Source: Lama glama (lineage: Eukaryota). Taken from it: DNA of 64,000 nt. Positions 60,150 to 64,000 of the stretch are shown here, in pieces. The translations under genes were made by a program, and so were the position numbers. Each line of letters starts with the position of its first letter. Positions within the stretch are counted from its first letter, which is position 1. A model generated the notes under the pieces. The model saw only the letters and a list, made by a program, of their open reading frames with translations. It ran no database searches and had not been told where the DNA came from. The DNA is taken from the NCBI GenBank assembly GCA_028534125.1, contig CM052817.1, forward strand, positions 35,094,001 through 35,158,000. The letters are read 5' to 3'.

Positions 60150-61925
60150 TGTAATCCCTCCTTCCCGCCCCTTCCTCCATTCCCATTCCCATTCCTGTTG
60201 CCCAACTCCCACCTCCAGGCAACCTCTAATCTGCTTTCTGTCCTATTATATGAGTTTACATTTTCTAGAATTTTATATAACAGAACTATGCAGTATGTTC
60301 GTTCTCCTTTTTGTCTGGCTTCTTAACTCAGTGTAATTATTTTGAACAACTCAGATTCATCTATGTTATAGCATGTATAAATACTTCATTCCTTTTCATT
60401 GTCAAGTAGTATTCCATTGTATGGGCTATTTGTTTGTTTAACTGTTTGTTTGTGGACTTTTAGGTTGGGGCTGCTGTGATTAAATGTTCTAGTGTAAGTC
60501 TTTCATTTCTCTTGGGTTTATTTTCACTTCTCTTGGGGAAATTCCCAGGAGTGAAATGGCTGATCATATGGTGGATGTATGCTTAACTGCTTATCTTTTA
60601 AAGAAATTGCTGAAATGTTTTCCAAAGTTGCATTCTCCCTAGCAGTATATGAGTCACAGTTCCTCTATATCTTTGCCAACAATTGGTATGTTCAAACCTT
60701 TTAATTTTAGTTGATATAATAGGTGTGTAGCAGTACCTCACGGTGGCTTAAAATACGCATATCTCTAATAACTAATTTTGTTGAATTTCTTTTCATGTGC
60801 TTAGTTACCATTGTATATTTATTTTGGTAAAGTGACTGTTCAGATGTTTTCCCATTTTTTGATTGGGTAACTTGTTATCTTATTATTTAGTTGCAAGAAT
60901 TATTTATATATCTTGGACTCAAGTTCGTTTGCAAGATGTATGATGTGGACATATTTTCTTCCAGTCAGTGGCTTATCATTTTATTCTCTTCATGGTGTCT
61001 TTTGAAGAACAGTTTTTAGTTTTGATCAGGTCCAGTTTATCTGTTTGCTCTTTTATATAGATCGTGCTTTTGATGTCATGTCTAAGACATGACCTGTATG
61101 GCCATATCACATGTCTGTGACATCTTTGCTTAATCCAAGTTCTCAAAGATTTTCTCCTACGTTTTCTTCTAGAAGCTTTATAGTTTTAGGTTTTATAGTT
61201 AGGTCCATATTCCATTTTTGGTTCATTTTTGTGTATGGTGTGAGATGTGGATCAAAATTTTTCTCTTTTGTATAATGAATATCCAAGTTTCTAGCACCAT
61301 TTGTTGAAAAGATTAACATTTTTTCACTAAATTGCTCTTAAACTTTTGTCAAAAATCAATTGTCAGTGTTAACATGGGCTGGACTCTATTCTGTTTTTTT
61401 TTTTAATCTTTTTTATCTTTTTGTTTATCTTTTATCTATTTATGCTGATACCACACTGTCTTGATTACTGCACCTTTATAATTCTTGAAATCAGGCAGTA
61501 TTAATTCTCCAATTTTATTCATCTTTAGATTCTTTGCAATTCCATATAAATTTTAGAATCAGTCAATTTCAACAAAAAAATCTAATGAGAATTTGACTGG
61601 GATTGTGTTGAATCTATAGGCCAGTTTGGTGAAGAACTGACTTGAGTCTTCCAATCCATAGATATGGTTTATCTTACCAGTCACTTAGGTCATCTTTAAT
61701 TTCTCTTGTCAATGTTTGTAGTTTTTCTGTATATAGGCCTTTCACATCTTTTGTCAGATTGATCTTAAGAATGTTATATTTTATAGGTTGTATTATTTCC
61801 TAATTTTAATTTCCTATTGTTGCTATCATATAGAAATATAATCAATTTTAATATATTGATCTTGTATGCTGCCATCTTGTTAGACTCATTTAACTAGTTC
61901 TAGTAACTTATTTGTAGATTCCATA
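60150..61925 (-). mobile_element. L1M (L1MC-type) ORF2 and 3' UTR, about 1.8 kb
   Basis: Continuous antisense L1 ORF2, e.g. 'ctagcaccatttgttgaaaagatt' and 'ataccacactgtcttgattactg'. Confidence 0.88.
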
Positions 61926-61929
61926 ATTT

Positions 61930-62420
61930 TTCACAAGTTTTATTGAGGTATGATTTACATACTAGAAAGTTCACTCTTTTAAAGTGTGCAATTCAGTGTT
62001 TCTTAGTACATTTAAAATGTCATGCAGCCATCACTGCTATCTAATTTTAGAACATCTTCATCACCCAGAAGACAAATCAATACCTGTTAGCCATCACTCC
62101 CCAGTCCTCCCCTCCCAATAGCTTCTAGCTGTTTTGGTCCTCTACTCTTGTCTTTTCCAGAATGTCACATAAATGGGATAATACAATATGTGGCCTTTTA
62201 TCACTGGCTTATTTCGCTTAACATGTTTTAAGGCTCATCCGTATTTTGTAGCATGAATAAGTACTTCATTCCTTTTCGTGGCTGAATAATATTGAATTGT
62301 ATGAAAATATACCACATTTTGTTAATTCGTTCATCAGTTGATGGACTTTGGATTGTTTCTACCTTTAAACTGTTATCCATAATGCTGCTATGAACATTTG
62401 TATACAAGTTTTTGTGTGGC
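61930..62420 (-). mobile_element. L1MB-type 3' end nested in the older L1
   Basis: ORF 62228-62428 'HKNLYTNVHSSI...STDERINKMWY' is L1 ORF2; flanking repeat GATTCCA(T/C)A. Confidence 0.85.
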
Positions 62421-62984
62421 GATTCCACAGATTTTAAACTCGGTTTGTTACAATAAAAGTATTATTTTTGTAAAAAGGGAAAATAGTGGGAAAAAAGGAT
62501 TAGAGAAGTGATCATGGTGAGATAGTATTGTCACTAAAGATTCAATTAAGAAATAGGCCTTATAGGATGAGTCAGGTTATATAAAAACATAAAGTTGGGT
62601 GGTGGGGGTTATTTCAGATGATAGGAGAGCATGAGGAAAGGAAAAAAGACTGTCTGGAGCCAAGGTTTTGTGCCAGAAAGTGGTAGAAAATAAAGATTAT
62701 AAGCAGATCAAGGGTGAATGACAGAGGGTCTTAAATGCCAAGCAGAGGTGTAGGAATGGGCAGTAGGAAGACTATGATCTTTAATCCAAAGAGTAGTATA
62801 ATAAATGTGATGCTCTAAGGATATTTACCTATAGCAGTATGTAGAATGTATTAAAATGTGGAGAGTTTGTGAGAGGAATACCAGCAAGAAGGCAATTGTA
62901 ACAGATTCATAAGGTGACTAGTGAAAGTGAAAAGGAAGGAATAAGTGCAAGTAACACTGCCTGCATTACGGTAGAGGGGCCACC

Positions 62985-63750
62985 CCAACAACTTTTTTGA
63001 AGAAATAGAAAAATCCATCCTAAAATTCATATGGAATCTCAAGAGACTCGAAATAGCCAAAACAATCTTTGAAAAGAACAAAGTTGGAGTTCTCACACTT
63101 GCTGATTCCAGAACTTACTACAAAGCTACAGTAATCAAAACTGTGTGGTACTGCCATGGAGACAGACTTATAGACAAATAGAATAGGATAGAAGGCCCAG
63201 AAATAAGCCCTCACATAAGTGGTCAGATGATTTTTAACGGAGGGGAAAGGACATTCAATGGGGAGAGGACAATCTTTCCAAGCAAATGGTGTAGGAAGAC
63301 GAGATATCCACATGCAAAAATGAAGTTGGACATTACCTCACAGCATTGACAGATGAATGGATGAACAAAATTTGGGATATACATATAATGGCATGTTACT
63401 TAGTCTTTAAAAGGAAGAAAATTCTGATGCATGCTGCAATGTGAATGAACCTTGAAAACATTAAGTGAAAGAAGCCAGCCATAAAAGGACAAATATGGTA
63501 TGACTCCACTTACTTGATACACCTAGAATAGTCAAATTCCTAAAGACAGGAAGAATGGTGGTTGCCAGGACCTAGGGGTGGGGGGAGCAGGGAGTTACGG
63601 TTTAAAGGGTACAGAGTTTCAGTTTGAGATGAGAAGAAGTTCTGGAGGTGGATGGTGGGGAATGTATTTAGTGCCACTAAACTGTACACTTAGAAATGGG
63701 GTTAAAATGGTGAGTTTTATGTTAGTATATTTCACCACAATAAAAAATAG
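62985..63750 (+). mobile_element. L1MB-type element: ORF2 fragment fused to the 3' end
   Basis: Translates [52 protein letters not shown] (L1 ORF2), then L1MB 3' UTR and A-tail. Confidence 0.9.
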
Positions 63751-63929
63751 TAGATATGCAATAAATGTTTACTGAATGACTAAATGGTTAAAAAGTCAAC
63801 AGGATTTGATAAGGTGAATGAAAGGTAGGGACAAAGGTGACTACGATGTTTCAAGTCTTAGTGGTACAACAGACAGACTTTGGGAAATGGTAGGGATGTT
63901 GATTGATTTGCTTTCACGTGACATCCTTC

Positions 63930-64000
63930 TTTTTTTTTTTTTTTTTTTGGAGGGAAGGTAATTAGGTTTATTTATTTATTTTTTGGAGGAGGTACTGGGG
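63930..64000 (-). mobile_element. vic-1-type SINE (cut by the window edge)
   Basis: T-tail, then 'ggtaattaggtttatttatt...ggaggtactgggg'. Confidence 0.88.

Overview
This is mammalian genomic DNA, almost certainly from a camelid (camel, llama, alpaca or vicuna). The evidence is 12 copies of a tRNA-Ala-derived SINE with the vic-1 structure, plus young camelid/cetartiodactyl-type L1 3' ends. The window is AT-rich and repeat-dense, and reads as intronic or intergenic. It has one assembly gap of exactly 500 N (4046-4545). I recognise no protein-coding gene. The only ORFs I can assign are decayed L1 ORF2 remnants and hAT/Tigger transposase remnants; the rest of the ORF track looks like chance or repeat-derived ORFs. 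Most of the window is old eutherian repeats (MIR, L2, L1M, MER33, MER58A, MER5A1, MER82, MER53, MER91A, MLT1, MER34-like LTRs) and lineage-specific SINEs, L1s and a solo ERV LTR. The best-supported oddity is a three-layer nested retroposition at 18306-18633: a vic-1 SINE holds a tailless 5' U6 snRNA fragment, which was then hit by an L1 3' end, and each layer has its own readable TSD. Weaker leads are a splice-signal/RBFOX-motif cluster with a 13-nt microexon candidate (45.9-46.5 kb), a C/D-box snoRNA-like structure (39.8 kb), several unassigned exon-like segments, and a minisatellite with a fixed core and variable (GGT)n. I found no convincing new biological system. Repeat family names come from visual recognition of consensus sequences, and boundaries are approximate unless TSDs are given.
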